Below are positions 50,637 through 63,698 of a stretch of 64,000 nucleotides of DNA, piece after piece (position 1 is the first letter of the stretch; each line of letters opens with the position of its first letter). Both the position numbers and the translations under genes were made by a program. A model generated the notes under the pieces. The model worked only from the letters and a program-made list of their open reading frames with translations, was not told the DNA's origin and made no database searches. The stretch lies in NCBI GenBank assembly GCA_026770705.1, contig JANJGN010000009.1, positions 78,244,001-78,308,000 on the forward strand, given 5' to 3'. The stretch comes from Isurus oxyrinchus (Eukaryota).

Positions 50637-51149
50637 GGCCAACATTTCTCCACCACCACCCCCCCCCACCCCCCCACCCCCGGAGGGGAAGTACAGGAGC
50701 AGGCCTCTGATCAGCACCATGCTGCCATTTTAGGTGGGCAGACCAATTAAGGCACACCTAACATGATGTGCAGCAGGAAGTGCTATGTGCTCCCTGTGCG
50801 GGCTGGTGGGGAGGGGAATGGGACAGTTCCCTTAGCCAGGAGTGCACAAAAGAAAAAAAATGTGCACAGATCTCTGAGGAAAAGTGCTGCCTCAAGGAGA
50901 TTGGCTCCGATTCGGAAGTTGAAATAAAAAAGGTATTTTAAAAATTTCCTTGCCATGTCCCTTCATGTGACAGTGTCACATGAGCTGGGACATGTCCATA
51001 CCTTTTATTTAAATATTTAATAGAAGTTTAAATACCCTCATGAATGCCCGTGGATAAGGTTTCATGCTTTGAGGCCCGCCAGGGCTCCCAGCCTGCCAAT
51101 CTTAAGGCTGGACGTGCAGGTCCATCAATCAGGCTAATTAGTTTCATGG
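50637..51149 (-). mobile_element. Harbinger-derived MITE, truncated
   Basis: Family body with hairpin catgtcccttcatgtgacagtgtcacatgagctgggacatg at 50954-50994. Confidence 0.8.
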
Positions 51150-52041
51150 TCAATTCAAGACAAAAAGCTACAGCAACATGCCTCTTTTCAGAAAAACTTC
51201 ACATTATCTATTATCTGGATTTTTGATGACTTTATCAGCACATTGCCTGTTATTCAGTTGCTAACTATGAATAATGAATCACTAATTTCAACACAGCAAA
51301 CTTGCCATGAAGCAAAAAGTATGCCACTGGATAAATTCACTGATCCCTTATTTCCAGCAAAGAGAAACACTGACAGAATGCATGTATACAGTGCCAAGTT
51401 AAACTCAGATTCCAAGGTCCAGGCAATAAATTGGCTTTAAATAGTGACGGTTTAAATCCTTTTGCTGGATGTGTATTTATTTTTCTAGAAAATATATTTA
51501 TGTTACCATGTATATTTACTTTAGAGTTTATTTTTATATTTAGTTTGCCAGATATTTATATTTGTTTAGTGATTTATAGATTGTTTTTCACTTTATCTAG
51601 CCCATGGTGCAGTATAGCCAATTTTCATCAGTCAACAGGCTGTTTGGACTGATGCTAGCTAGCTGAAAGCAAGCCTGTGGTTGAACTTGGGACTTTTCTT
51701 GTCTTTAAGGCTTACAGTCATAATGGACTGTGGTTTTACCCATTCAGCCATCAGAGAGCTTTAGATGTATACTTTTAAAGGCAAGTGTTTTCTAATGCTC
51801 TTGCCTTATCTTCTTATTGCTGACATACAATATAAAATACTGCTATATTTACATTCAGATAAACACTTGGATCCTATAAAAGATACCACCTATAATCTCC
51901 AGTAAACCAGACATTGTTCAGTTTGAACACCATGTCATGGGTGATATCATGCTTCTGTTTAGTGCTATCACTATATTCTGGGCATGTTTGACCTGCTATT
52001 CAAATAAAATTGCCTAGGGTACACATTGCTGATATTACAAG

Positions 52042-53912
52042 GGGAGAAATTTTCAGAGGAATAATGGGTCAGGTGTGTTAGCTATACTGGAGCAAAAATG
52101 ATCACAACTCCAGTATTCTGAATTACAGGTTTCACTGAGATACATTTGAAAGCTTACAAATAACCTACTCATCGGAGTCAGCAGGATCATTAGCACAGGT
52201 GCATGGGAGATGCAAATATCATTGAAGCTGATAACTGGATGCAAATGAGGGCCTTTCCATGGGAATTAAACATTATTCAGATTTAACACCTCCAGTACAG
52301 GTTTCCTGTGGCTCAGGAAAGTGATCATTCATACCATTACCATCCACAGCTGCAATGGCATGCTGTGGTAGAGTCAGGAGATGTACAGGACAGTGACCAA
52401 GGTTGTAGCTGGCACTACCAACATAGTTTACAGACAGACCCCATCTTTCTTGATCTCTTGGAAGAGCAGTGGTTTCACAGGCTGAGATTGCCATGTCAGC
52501 TGGTCACAGACCTTTGCAGCCTCCTAGAGGAAAATCTGTTACTTACTGGACCATGAGACCATGCATTAACAGTGACTATAAAAGTCATGTTTTTGCCTCT
52601 GGTTTGTTCCAGGGTGCCACTAGAAACACATTGAGGATGTTGCAATCCAATGCACCTATTGTTGTAAGGTTTTGGGCATAGTTCATAGGTCTGAAGGTAT
52701 TCATAATCTTAGGTAGTTTGATAGTCAGTATTTATAAATTACTAGAAACTGTATACATAGGTACAGTAAAGGTCTAAGCTAGGAGTTGTCTCCATACTTG
52801 CTTCTACAGAGATCTGCAACACTACACTGACCTCTAGGTGTGTAACAAGTGTTCTCCTATCACTATGTGGGCAGTACTGTACTCAGTCACACATTAGCCC
52901 TTTATGTGCCAGGCCCCTATACTAAACATATATGCATAAGGCATGTGACATGTGGATTTTTTCCCCCCCAGGGCTGGGATATATGTAAACTTCTCCTGTG
53001 ATAGCCAGACTGAGTGGAACTTGCATTCACCTCTCTAGTTGGCTTCCCAAAGGTAAACAATCCCACTGGTCCCACAATTGTGGCAATCTGAATACCACCA
53101 AGAGTTATCAACCACAAGGGTTAATATTCCATCAATGCACAGCTGGTGTGGAACCACAAGAAGAGGTTCGTACCAGATTTGGGAGCTGTCACAGTATATT
53201 CATTCTGTTGGAGTCCAAAATCCAGACCTTTTTAAATTCCAGAGAGAGCATGAGAGAGTGGTCTCTCATCAAAACCTTAACCCTGACACTACTCCCTTCA
53301 AACTTGGCTCAAGATACCTGTGAGGAATGTGGTGAAGGAGCCACACAATGTGTCATGGAGCAAGATATTAGAATGCTGAAGATATATTTCAGTTGTATAG
53401 ATAGAACTGGAGAGGTTCTTCAGTATTCACCAGCGAGGGCATCCAGAATAAGAGCGGTATGTTGTACCTGAACAACATCACGCAGCAGAGGATTAAGGGT
53501 GGAGGGAGGAAGAGGAGAATGCTCATCATTCCTCTTCTGATGGGGAGATCATGGAAGAAGAGGACAAGGAGGGATATGAAGATGGGGCAACCATTACTAG
53601 ACTAACAAAGTTCCTTCAGCAAAGGATTGTTGAAAATTGGACAGTAAAAGGTTTCTTCCTCTCAGTGGAGAGAATAAGTATGTCCCTTCTGTTCCCTGCA
53701 GCAATGCCAGAGATGCATCATTAAACCTGAGTGCTTCCCTTGCTCTGTACACATCCTAAAACTTCTACTGGCTTCCCCAAATTCCATTTCTATATTGTCC
53801 CTTTAAATAGTGGTGTTGAGATCACACCATGCAATGTGTATCATGTCTTCCAGGAGAAGACAAATCCAGAAGTCAAAACATATTGCCTCAATTTCAGTTA
53901 GAGAATCCAGTC
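52042..53912 (+). mobile_element. Third Harbinger relic (transposase pseudogene only)
   Basis: FLDLLEEQWFHRLRLPCQLVTDLCSLLEE, FASGLFQGAT, GFPKV, EQDIRMLKIYFSCIDRTGEVLQYSPARASRI..VCC; ends approximate. Confidence 0.75.
52660..52928 (-). mobile_element. Solo LTR related to the LTRs of 40956-44084
   Basis: TG...CA ends; shared blocks tgtgggcagtactgtactcagtc-cacattagccc-tatgtgccagg. Confidence 0.6.
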
Positions 53913-54280
53913 TGTGATTTTACTTCCTGGTTATGTTCATACAATTCCATTTTGGATGCCACCTTTTCATTAATATCAGGATTGATATGCCTGTGTCCAT
54001 TAGTATAATGCACTAAATTAATGTGATTGTTTTATGAATTGTACCTACTATGCAATATTCCTTTGCCGAAGTGATTGATTTTTGCAGTTCCATGAGAACC
54101 AAGTGCCCTTCAGTACCTCAGCTAAGTGAGCCACCTTCATGTGTGAAGTGAGTGTTAACAGGGAATTTACTGTGGAAGGCAGTACTAACGTGCATAAGGT
54201 ATATTCCAGCAGGTCCCATTGGAACATAGCCCAATGGCACTAGGATAGGGCAATTGCTGTCCAGACAGTGATCAACTAGC

Positions 54281-57200
54281 TGAACACCCAAGAAGTTATG
54301 ATGGAAGAATTAATCCAGACAGGTCTCTTGGTTGAAGTGGGTTTATTTCTAAGACAACTCCTCAGTGCTACTAACTTCTTAGTAGCTTCTCCACAAAGTA
54401 TTCCAGCTGCACCTTTCCCCCCCCCCCCTATTCAGTTGGGATAATTAATGCCCATCACCTGTTTAACTACCAATTGGTAGTAACAAGATGATTGCCAAAT
54501 TACAGATTTCCCCTCAAAGAAAAAAACTTGAACACTTTTTTTTAAAAAACAGGAGGAAATAATGTCATGTAGTTCCACATCTCTAATTCCCAAATTTCCA
54601 TACAAAACAAGAACAGTTTTTCATTGCATCGTTATAAGACAGCCCTCTTCCAACACATTTAATAATTTTTTTTTTAAAAAAGAGCAAGCACTTTATAAAA
54701 CAAACAGTCTGATAAAATGGATTGACGCAAGTCACCAACTATCTTAGAGATCTCTTTTCTTTCTAAGATCTCCTTTATGCTGGCTAGGTCTATTCTTAGC
54801 CTTTCCTCCCCCCCCGCCAGTGAAACTATTTGTGGTATGAACATTGTCCCAAAGAGACTGGTTATTAACATAACATTCTATGGGCAAACTTTTCCCACAT
54901 TGCCCCTTATATAATATTTCCATCAATATATTGGACATGTAAACCCCCATATCTAGTGCCTCTACTAAGGCTAACGTTTCAGCAGCTAAAGTTCTTTTCA
55001 CTATCCTTTTTATTTTCTTGGTCTAAGCCAGTAGGCAACATTTATTCTTCTTTCCCACCAAGAATATGATGAACCCTGCTGTGCTAGAGTACCCATCTGG
55101 AAGATTGGCATGTGAAGCAGCACTAAAAATATGATCATCCTCATCTTCTGGATCACCCAAGGCTGCAAACTTGAGCACACATCTCAGAATTTAATTTGTT
55201 TTATTTGCCCTCAGAACTTGCTCAACTGTTGCACGTTTCATCATGGTACTCACCTCCAACACATTATAACTTGCATCAGGCTAGTCCGAGTGCACAACCA
55301 GTTCAACTGCCCAATCAAACTTCTCAACTGTTCCATTTCTTCTTTGGTAGCAGGATCCTCTTAGTGAGGAACTACCGCAAGTTATTGGGATATAATTAAC
55401 ATTTTCTAGATAAGATTGTTGATTCAATGTCACTTGTAACTTGCACTGCTTAATGTCTAAACCTATACATTTAAAGGCCCCAGAAGCCTGACTTCCGACC
55501 TGGAACTCCTTTATCTTCTCAATTACCCATTATTCAAATTCTACAGATCATCCCCACAGGAAATCAATGTGCATGATAAAGATCCTAGCTAGTTTCTCCT
55601 TATGGTACCAGTAGAACATTGCAGGGTCTGCCTTTAACTGAATGCAACCCATTTTCAACAAGACAGGCCTCAGAAAAATATCACATTCTTGATGCATCAT
55701 TCAATCCATAAACACACTTATTCAATTTCCATAGCTTTCTTTTTACATCCCCGGCTTCTTTGGGCAGTTTAAAAAAAACTTCCCATTGAAACTTCTCCCC
55801 CTGTAAAATCACAGCCTTTATATCAATCAATTTGCATTCCCAGGCCCAGGAATAGGATGCCAAAATAGCTAAAAATCTTCAAACTCACTTTCCCCACAGT
55901 AGGCAAATCCACTGACATCCTGATCTCCTAGTCTCTCTTCAAAGCCTCAGGCTACTAATCTCACTTTGGCCTTATGTGTGCCTTTTGGGAGTACCTTTTC
56001 TGTATAGGTCCATCTGTGAGATAAAGCTGGCTGCCCTCTGTCAGGTATTTCAGAATATACCCCAAATTCCTTCCAACTCTTTCCATTTGGCTTCCTTTCC
56101 AATTTATTAGCAGCTACTAGAATTTCTCTGTCATAAGGGCTTCTACTTCTATTGAGATTGCTAGCTTGCTCTCTAATCTTCCTTGTTAAATTATGGCCTC
56201 TACTCTTATTCCTCTCCTTTTCTGAACTGCTACTATATGATTGTCCTCTAATGCGAGCAGAAGTCCATTCGCAAGTCTGATCTTTTTCTAAGGTCATGAC
56301 CACTTTCTAGTCCACTGTCAGAACTCATACTGCGCTTTCTGGGTTTCTACATCTTTACCTCGGATTGTCAATCAATAGGTCTTGTCTCCTGTCCTTCAGC
56401 CTGCACATTTCATCAATGTTTGTATTTACCAGTGGGTTTTCCTGCTCTATGAGGGTGGCATACCTCCACACTGGTCCCTTCTGGCATGTTTGTTATCTTT
56501 GCTCCTACTTTGGGTAATTGCCCTATGCCTCAGTATTACAGGGTTGACTGACTGAACAAATTATCTGCTGTCGTCTGCTCCTCATAACTACCCAGTGTAT
56601 GTGCATGTGTATGTGAAGTGCATGGTGTTTCCTCATGGACTATGTCTTATTCAGAACCTGTAAAAGGTATAGTCAGCATCCATTAACTGTGAAGAATGTA
56701 CCCTAACAGTTTGATTACCATGTTGCACAATTACTACTTCCCCATCACTCTCTAACCTTACCTTTTATAATATACCATATCTCCTTGTCTAAACTGTATT
56801 CCTGATGGTCTTATGTGGTGCTGTAGGGCCTTCCAAATTCTCTCCAAAACCTCAGCTTTAATGAAAGCTTTTCTGCCCACATGCAAAGCATTCAGATGAG
56901 TAGAAAAAGTGGACCTAATGCTAGTTCCTTCTAGAAGAGGGGGAGCATCTGACAACAAAGGTAACTTTGGATTTCTTCCATACACCAACTGATGTGGACT
57001 GTACCCCCCAACCATTTGCAGAAATTTCTTTGCAAGCATTGACCATGCTAGTGCCGTTTGCAGTTTACAACCTGGTTGATAACTAATATTTTATGTAACA
57101 CATCATCTATTACTTTCACAAAGACCATTACTAAATGGGTTCTCAAGTGCAGTGTGCTTAACTTAAATCTGGTTGCCATATCTGAAGTGTAGTAAAAAAC

Positions 57201-58720
57201 CACTATCCTTGTCCCAAACTTCCAAGTCGATTGCCACTGCATTATTAAATTCCCTGGCTAGTGGCAAGCTCACAACAGGTCACAGTGGTGTCTTATGATA
57301 TTTAAGGCAAATTTCACACTGAGCAGTGACTCATTCAATAAGATCATCATATCCTTTATCAACCACTCCCTCATCTCAGAGTCTTCAGTTTGTGGCACCA
57401 AATGTGCAAACTGTCTGTGTAATTTCCAAATGATCTTTTGGTCCACCAAATTCTCATTCTTAGTGGTTAAGAAAACTTCATGAACTTTTTGATGAGAAAA
57501 GTCTGGCCTCCTTAGTGGCAAGCAATAATGGCCTTACTGAGTAAAATGGAGATCCATATTTCCCCCCCCCCCCCCCCCGCCACCCCCTCAAACACAACTG
57601 CTCCATCATTCTTCATATCTAGCATCATCTTGAGCTTCTTCACTGCAGATTGACTCAAATAGCAGCATCTCACTAGAAACCACATCAGTACTGAAAAACA
57701 AATTGATCCTTAATCTTACAAGGGAAGACCACCCATTTGGAAGATGTTAATATATTGTCACGTCCAAATCTGAAGCAGGTAGAGCTTTCATACTCATTGG
57801 GGCAGACTGACAGAGGGTCATTGAGAGACTCTAGTTAGCAGTTAAGCCAGTCCATGCCACACACCGTAGAAGTGCAACCACTGTCCAGAACTGCACAGCT
57901 GAAGGAATCTACCATCAAAAGCACAGATTAACCATTCCCCATGCATTTTTGGGGCTTAAACATTCACAGTCACCATTCCAGACACATGGTAATTTTTTTA
58001 TATCTTTAAAGTTTGAAAACCTTCCACCCACCCACCCCCCACCCCACCCCCCACCCCACCCCACCCCACCCAGAAGCACATAGCACTTCCTGGCAGACAT
58101 CACACTGGGTGGGCCTTAATTGGCCCACCCACTTAAAATGACAACATGGCCCACTTCTCCAGCAGTGATCAGCTCCCCACCCACCAGAGATTGGGTCAGG
58201 CCCACCTACCAGACAGAAAATTCTGCCTCCTCTTATTTTTGGCTAGTAATGATAACACTAAAGCCATACTTTGCTTCTTCCAGGGTGTAGCAGTAACCAA
58301 GGTCCACAATTCAACTTCAGTCTTCCATTACTGATAAGATCCAGAGTCAGAAAAAATTGGCAGACAGTCAAAGCTTGCAATTTTGCACCTTCCTTCCACC
58401 ATTCCATAACACAAACTGTTAGCAACAGTACACTTCTTTTCCCTCAGAGGACTGAGACAGAAATATACAGCAATCAATCAGTAAAGCTTAAAGTTCATCC
58501 TCTGCTACCATGTTACTCACAAAAAGAGGGTGTGGTGGAAGAATTAATCCTGGCAGATCTCTTGGTTAAAGCTGGTTTATTTCCAAGACAACTCCTCAAT
58601 GCTAATAGCTTCCACCCAAAGTGTTCCAGCTGTACCTTTTTATTCTATTCAGTTGGGATAATTAATGCCATCACCTGTTTAACTATCAATTGGTTTTAAC
58701 AAGATGATTGCCATATTGCC
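54281..58720 (-). mobile_element. Ty1/Copia LTR retrotransposon, GalEa-like, gag mostly deleted
   Basis: LTRs ~54281-54504 and 58511-58720; PBS TGGTAGCAGAGGATG (58510-58496, tRNA-iMet); PPT GAGGGGAAATC (54515-54505); domain order PR (AVLDSGCTSTVCG), INT (KLHRQFAH; YSPHQLVYGRNP), RT (KAKVRLVA; IDIKA; KCVYGLNDASR), RH (TLAAETLAL). Confidence 0.92.
57984..58228 (+). mobile_element. Harbinger MITE right-end fragment inside the Copia gag region
   Basis: ggccttaattggcccacccacttaaaatg...AAAATTCTGCC. Confidence 0.7.
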
Positions 58721-59889
58721 TGTAATTTCATTTAAAACTTCACGTATAGTGATGAGTGTAAAACAAAAACAGGACCCCACAATCCTATTCACTGAACAAG
58801 TCTCATGTACAAAGAGCATATTGCCTCAACTGTTGAGCTCTCATTGATTCCAGTACAGACACAGTCATGGCAAAATCCAAGATGCATCAATATAGTTCAC
58901 TATACAGTATATAAGCACTGACTACAGAATTCTCGCACATGGTGTGCTGTGCTCAGAATAATTTCCAGCAGCGAAAACATTCAATTTGGAGCAGTGCTGG
59001 GGGAAAGTGAAGGAGGAAAAAGGAAAAGCAATGAAGAAAAGAAAGCATGGCTGTCAATGAAAGCAGGAGGAAATGAAGGGAGAAGAGAACTGAAACTGAC
59101 TGAAGGAGAAAAGCAAGCACCAGCACTGACTGAGAGGGAGTGGGTAGAGGGCAGAGAAACTGCCAGCAAAAATGGAGGAGGGAGAGAGTGCCCACATGAA
59201 CTGAGGGATAGATATTGAGGTAGAATTAAACTTGATGCTTATGTGTAAAGTTGGTGTTGTGGGTCAGTCATCTGTTGTAGAAACGACCCCAATATTTATT
59301 TCCATTAAAAGTAATAAAGTGAAAATCAGCCAGTTTCTATAAAATATGCAACTCATGTGCAAAGTCAGTTTTACACTTAGGTAGTAAGTTGAATATCTAC
59401 ACATATACCAATATGGACTGCAAAAAAGTGCTGAATTAATTCCCCATAGTCTGGGCAGCAATTGGACTCAATGCTATTGGGTTAGGTAGAAGAAATTCAG
59501 CCAAGGTTAATGTTCCAATGGGATCTGCTGGAAAGTGTCATGTGCATATTAGTATAGCCTTCCATAGTAAATTCCCTGTTATCAAAAAGTAGGGAAAGAA
59601 CACCAATTCAAACTGAGGGGATTGAAGAGAAGTTTGCCAACATGCATGGGAGAGGGGTGGATGAAGAGTAACTCTTGAATCGTGGGATGTGAAGTTAAGA
59701 ATGTTGGTATGAACTGAGAATGTTAGAGAAAGCAGGTCTCTGTGAAATGGGTGACAGTGCTATTATGAATTTGGTCTAGAAGGGATAAAGTGCCGAGTGA
59801 ATTGGGGTGCAAGTGTTTACATGTAACAGAGTGACATTTTGGGGTAATTTGGGGGAAGTGACTTTTCTGTTGGAAATCCAAATATCCTG

Positions 59890-61585
59890 GGAGTGAAATT
59901 GGGTTCCGTAGTACTCATTTTTTGGGAGCTACGAAGCTACTTAAAGTTTGGAAATGGCACCTGTGGCATATGAAAACGTTTCTGATCAGAAATGTGCTGG
60001 ACACCACCTTTGTAAAAGTCTTTGTACACATGCACCTAATATCTTCTGGCAGCATGTAATGCAGGCAGATCTTGATGATGACTAGTAATACTGTCATCCT
60101 GGAGCTCCATGCTCCAGGCAACAACCTCTCTTAACTCTACAACCTCACAGAGCTGAATAAGATGTTAAATGGCAGGAAAGACCCTTCCACTAAAGCCCCC
60201 TACCCCACCTGCACTATATAAAGGGATCAACAACCATTAGTTGCTGGTTTATTTCTTCTGATTGCTGCTGCAATTCTACAGGCTTTGGGTACTTTCTATA
60301 GTTGGTTAAGGCTTCAGTAGTCTACATAGAGTGGTAAGGCAGGTGATGAAGTTCTACTTTGCTGACTTAAAGACTCTGCACAAATCTGATTCTTCCAGAC
60401 ATGGGTGGGCTAGTACACCATTCTCTTGGTATTGAGCATGAGCGGAAGAATGAGAAGAGATCACACAGAGTAGGACAAGCTGCTGGAATAGGGAGGAGGA
60501 GGAGTGCAGAAAAGTTTTCTGTAGAAGGGCATATATGCAGAAAGTGTTTATGGAGCAATTCTTGTTGCTGAAGTTCAGTGACAACCAATGCTTCAGACTT
60601 CTGCACTTCACTAAAGGGGTTGGCACAGAAATCTGCAATTGCTGAAGTCACAATGCCAGCGTCAAATCAGAGCAAGGACCACATTGCCTGTGGTTGTCAA
60701 AGTGACTGTGACCCTGAACTTCTATGAACCTGAACCTGGTTCCTTCCCAGCTGTTAGGGAGATACAAGCAATATATCTCAGTTCCAAACCCATGAATATT
60801 ACCATTTAGAAGGACAAGGGCAGCAGATACAGGGGAACACCACCATCTGGAATTTCCCCTCCAAATCACTCACCATCCTGACTTGGAACCATATTGCTGT
60901 TCCTTCACTGTCGCAGGGTCAAAATCCTGGAACTCCCTTCCGAACAGCACTGTGGATGTACCTACACCACATGGACTGCAGTGGTTCCAGAAGGCAGCTC
61001 ACCACCACCTTCTCAAGGGCAAGGAGGTGAAGTTGTCTCTCCTTGCATAGAGAGCCACAGTGACCTCCCCAATGCAGCAGTTTTTAAAAATTCATTCACA
61101 GGGTGTGGGCTTCACTGGCTGGGCCAGTATTTAATGCCCATCCCTAGAGACATGATGGCAGCAGCCTGACTTTGCATGACATCAGTTTGAGCTTCAACTG
61201 CAGCACTCAGTCATTGGGTGGAATCTGCTTGTGCTGCAATGATAACTGAGTTATCAGCCATCAGATGCTGCATCATGGTGGGTTCCACATGTGTGCTGAT
61301 GGAGGTGGCCACCAATTCCACGTTGAAAAGGATAAACTCCTAGCTCTACTCAAAGTACTGTGCTGAGTTGGTATTGAACTCTTTCAACCTCCATGACCTT
61401 GATGCAGGCTTTCTGGCAGACTTTTCTGCGCACCAAGCATTTTGATGTATACACCCATCAGCCTTCTGTAGCCTGCCCCGTCAAAGTCATGATCCTAGTT
61501 ATTGTGCTTGCATTTCAATCAATGGATGTGGGTTAATAGCGCATTGCTATCCCTGTGAATTCTCCAAATTATCCATTTTAACCCA
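59890..61585 (+). mobile_element. Fourth Harbinger relic, heavily deleted
   Basis: Plus strand LHFTKGVGTEIC...LPVVVKVTVTLNFY (60600-60727); minus strand 61330-61490 resembles the Myb-gene tail at 23790-23880; TIR-like GGAGTGAAATTGG / CCATTTTAACCCA. Confidence 0.6.
60780..61021 (+). mobile_element. LINE family B 3' fragment
   Basis: Closely matches ~28410-28635 (agaaggacaagggcagcag...gggtcaaaatcctggaactccct). Confidence 0.8.
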
Positions 61586-61770
61586 CTCCTTTATTTTCAT
61601 TTTTTAAAAGATGAAAATATTATCAAGTGTGAAATAGGAAATTACTAAAAATAATTGGAAGGCATTTGTTTATTTTGAGATTTTCCAGAGGAATATGGCC
61701 CCAGTCCCATTAGAAATACATAATTTGATTTTGCACTTTCACTTGTTTGGATTTCTTCTTCAGGCATTCT

Positions 61771-63698
61771 TTCATTCACTTCTGGAAGCAGAGACAGCCG
61801 GGCCTGTGAGGGACATCTCTATTCAGGCAGCAGATAAATAGAGGGTGAGGCTTAGGGCCTTCACTCACCTTCCAGGAGTGGAGACAGCCGGACCTGTGAG
61901 AGACACCGCTACTTGGGCAGCAGGCTCAGTTTGAAAAATTACATCCCGGAGTGTCAGGAAAACTGTAAATACTTTGGTTGGTGAGAAGCTGCTGTTAGGG
62001 AGTGTGTTTAAATAGCTTAAAACCAAAAAAAACTATCATTTATAAAGAAGTAGCTACTTGGATTTCAGTAATGAACACTAGCAATAGGGAAATAAAGTTA
62101 AATCAAGTTAAAGTGAAATAAAGTAATAAAGTAAACCAAAATAAGATAAAGTTAGTGTAAGTGTAGTAAAGCTAAGTTGCTAGTAACTTATTGTACTCAA
62201 TCTACTTACTCTAAGTGTAATAAATAGTTTTTAGAGTTACAGGATGGCAGGTCAGCCCGGCCAAGTGGAGTGTACATCCTGCAGTATGTGTGAAGTCGTA
62301 GATGCACCATGTACCCCTGACAAACACATCTGTAGGAAGTGTCACCAGCTGCACAAGTTTGAGCTTGGGGTTTCAGAAATTGAACGGCAGCTGGAGTCAC
62401 TGTTGTGCATCCGTGAGGCAGAGGACTACGTGGGTAGCATGTTTAGGGAGGTGATCACACTGCAGGTCAGAAGCATACAGCCAGAGAAGGAATGGGTGAC
62501 TGCCAGGCAGTCCAAGAGAACCAGTCAGGTAGTGCAGGAGTCCCCTGAGTTTATCCTGCTTGCTCATCGGTTTTCCATTTTGGATGCTGATGAGGGTGAT
62601 GGTTCCTCAGGGGAGTGCAGCCAGAGCCAAGCCTGAGGCACCATGGATGGCTCAGCTGTGCAGGGGAAGGGGAAGAATGGAAGGGCAATAGTTATAGAGG
62701 ATTCCATAATTAGGGGATCAGACAGGTGTTTCTGCGGCAGTAAATGTGACTTCAGGGTGGTGTGTTACCTCCCTGGTGCCAGGATCAAGGATGTTAAGGA
62801 GTGGTTGCAGGACATTCTTCAGAGGAGGGGGATCAGCCAGAAGTCGTGGTCCACATTGGTACCAATGACATAGGTAGGAAGAGGGATGAGGTCCTGAAAG
62901 CAAATTTCATGGAGTTAGGAAGGAAATTAAAAAGCAGGATCTCAAGGGCAGTAATCTCAGAATTTACTTCCAGTGCCTCGTGCTAGTGAGCATAGGAAAA
63001 GGAGGATTGATCAATTAAATACTTGGCTGGAAAACTGGTGTAGGAGGGAGGGCATCAGCTTTCTGAGGCACTGGGACCGGTTCTGGGGAAGGTGGGACCT
63101 GTACAAGATGGATGGGTCAGATTTTAACAGGACTGGGACTGATATACTCACAGGGAGATTTGCTAATTCTGTTGGGGTGGGTTTAAACTAGCTTGTCGGG
63201 GGGAGGGAACCTGAGGGCTGGATCAAACTGGAAGGAAGTAAAGTTGGTAACAGGAAGTATTAGTGAGACTAGAAGGCAGGAGAAACAAAGCAGAGCATTG
63301 AGTATGCTTCAAATGCGGAATGATGTCAAAAAGACAGTTAAGGGCACCATACCTGAATGTGTGCTGCATTTGCACTGAGGTAGGTGATCTAAAGGCACAA
63401 ATAGAGGTAAATGGGTATGATATAATTGCCATTACGGAAACATGGCTGCATGGTGACCAAGACTGGGAACTGGATATTCAAAGATATTTGAAGTTTAGGA
63501 AGGACAGACAAGAAGGGAAAGGAGGTGGATCTTTGCTGATAATAAGGGATGGGATGAGAGCATTAACAAGGGAGGATCTCAGATCAGAAGAACAATGTGT
63601 GGAATCTGTTTGGGTGGAGCTAAGAAACAGCAAAGGGCAGCAGACATTTGTTGGAGTTGTTTATAGGCAACCAAATGGTAATGGTAAAGTGGGGCTTG
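61771..63698 (+). mobile_element. 5' portion of a CR1 LINE: 5' UTR, ORF1, start of ORF2
   Basis: 5' UTR with a duplicated ~63-bp unit (61771-61833, 61860-61923); ORF1 from 62244; ORF2 APE endonuclease YLN...YDIIAITETWL...ESVWVEL...VGVVYRQP. Confidence 0.9.
62244..63191 (+). pseudogene. CR1 ORF1: zinc finger, coiled coil, SGNH/GDSL esterase-like domain
   Basis: CTSCSM...ICRKC; LELGVSEIERQLESL-type heptads; AIVIEDSIIRG (GDS block), VVVHIGTND, YKMDGSDFN (DGLH block, decayed); stops and frameshifts. Confidence 0.85.

Noticed and set aside
58949-59218. Charged 89-aa ORF
   Set aside because: Product of purine-rich low-complexity sequence.
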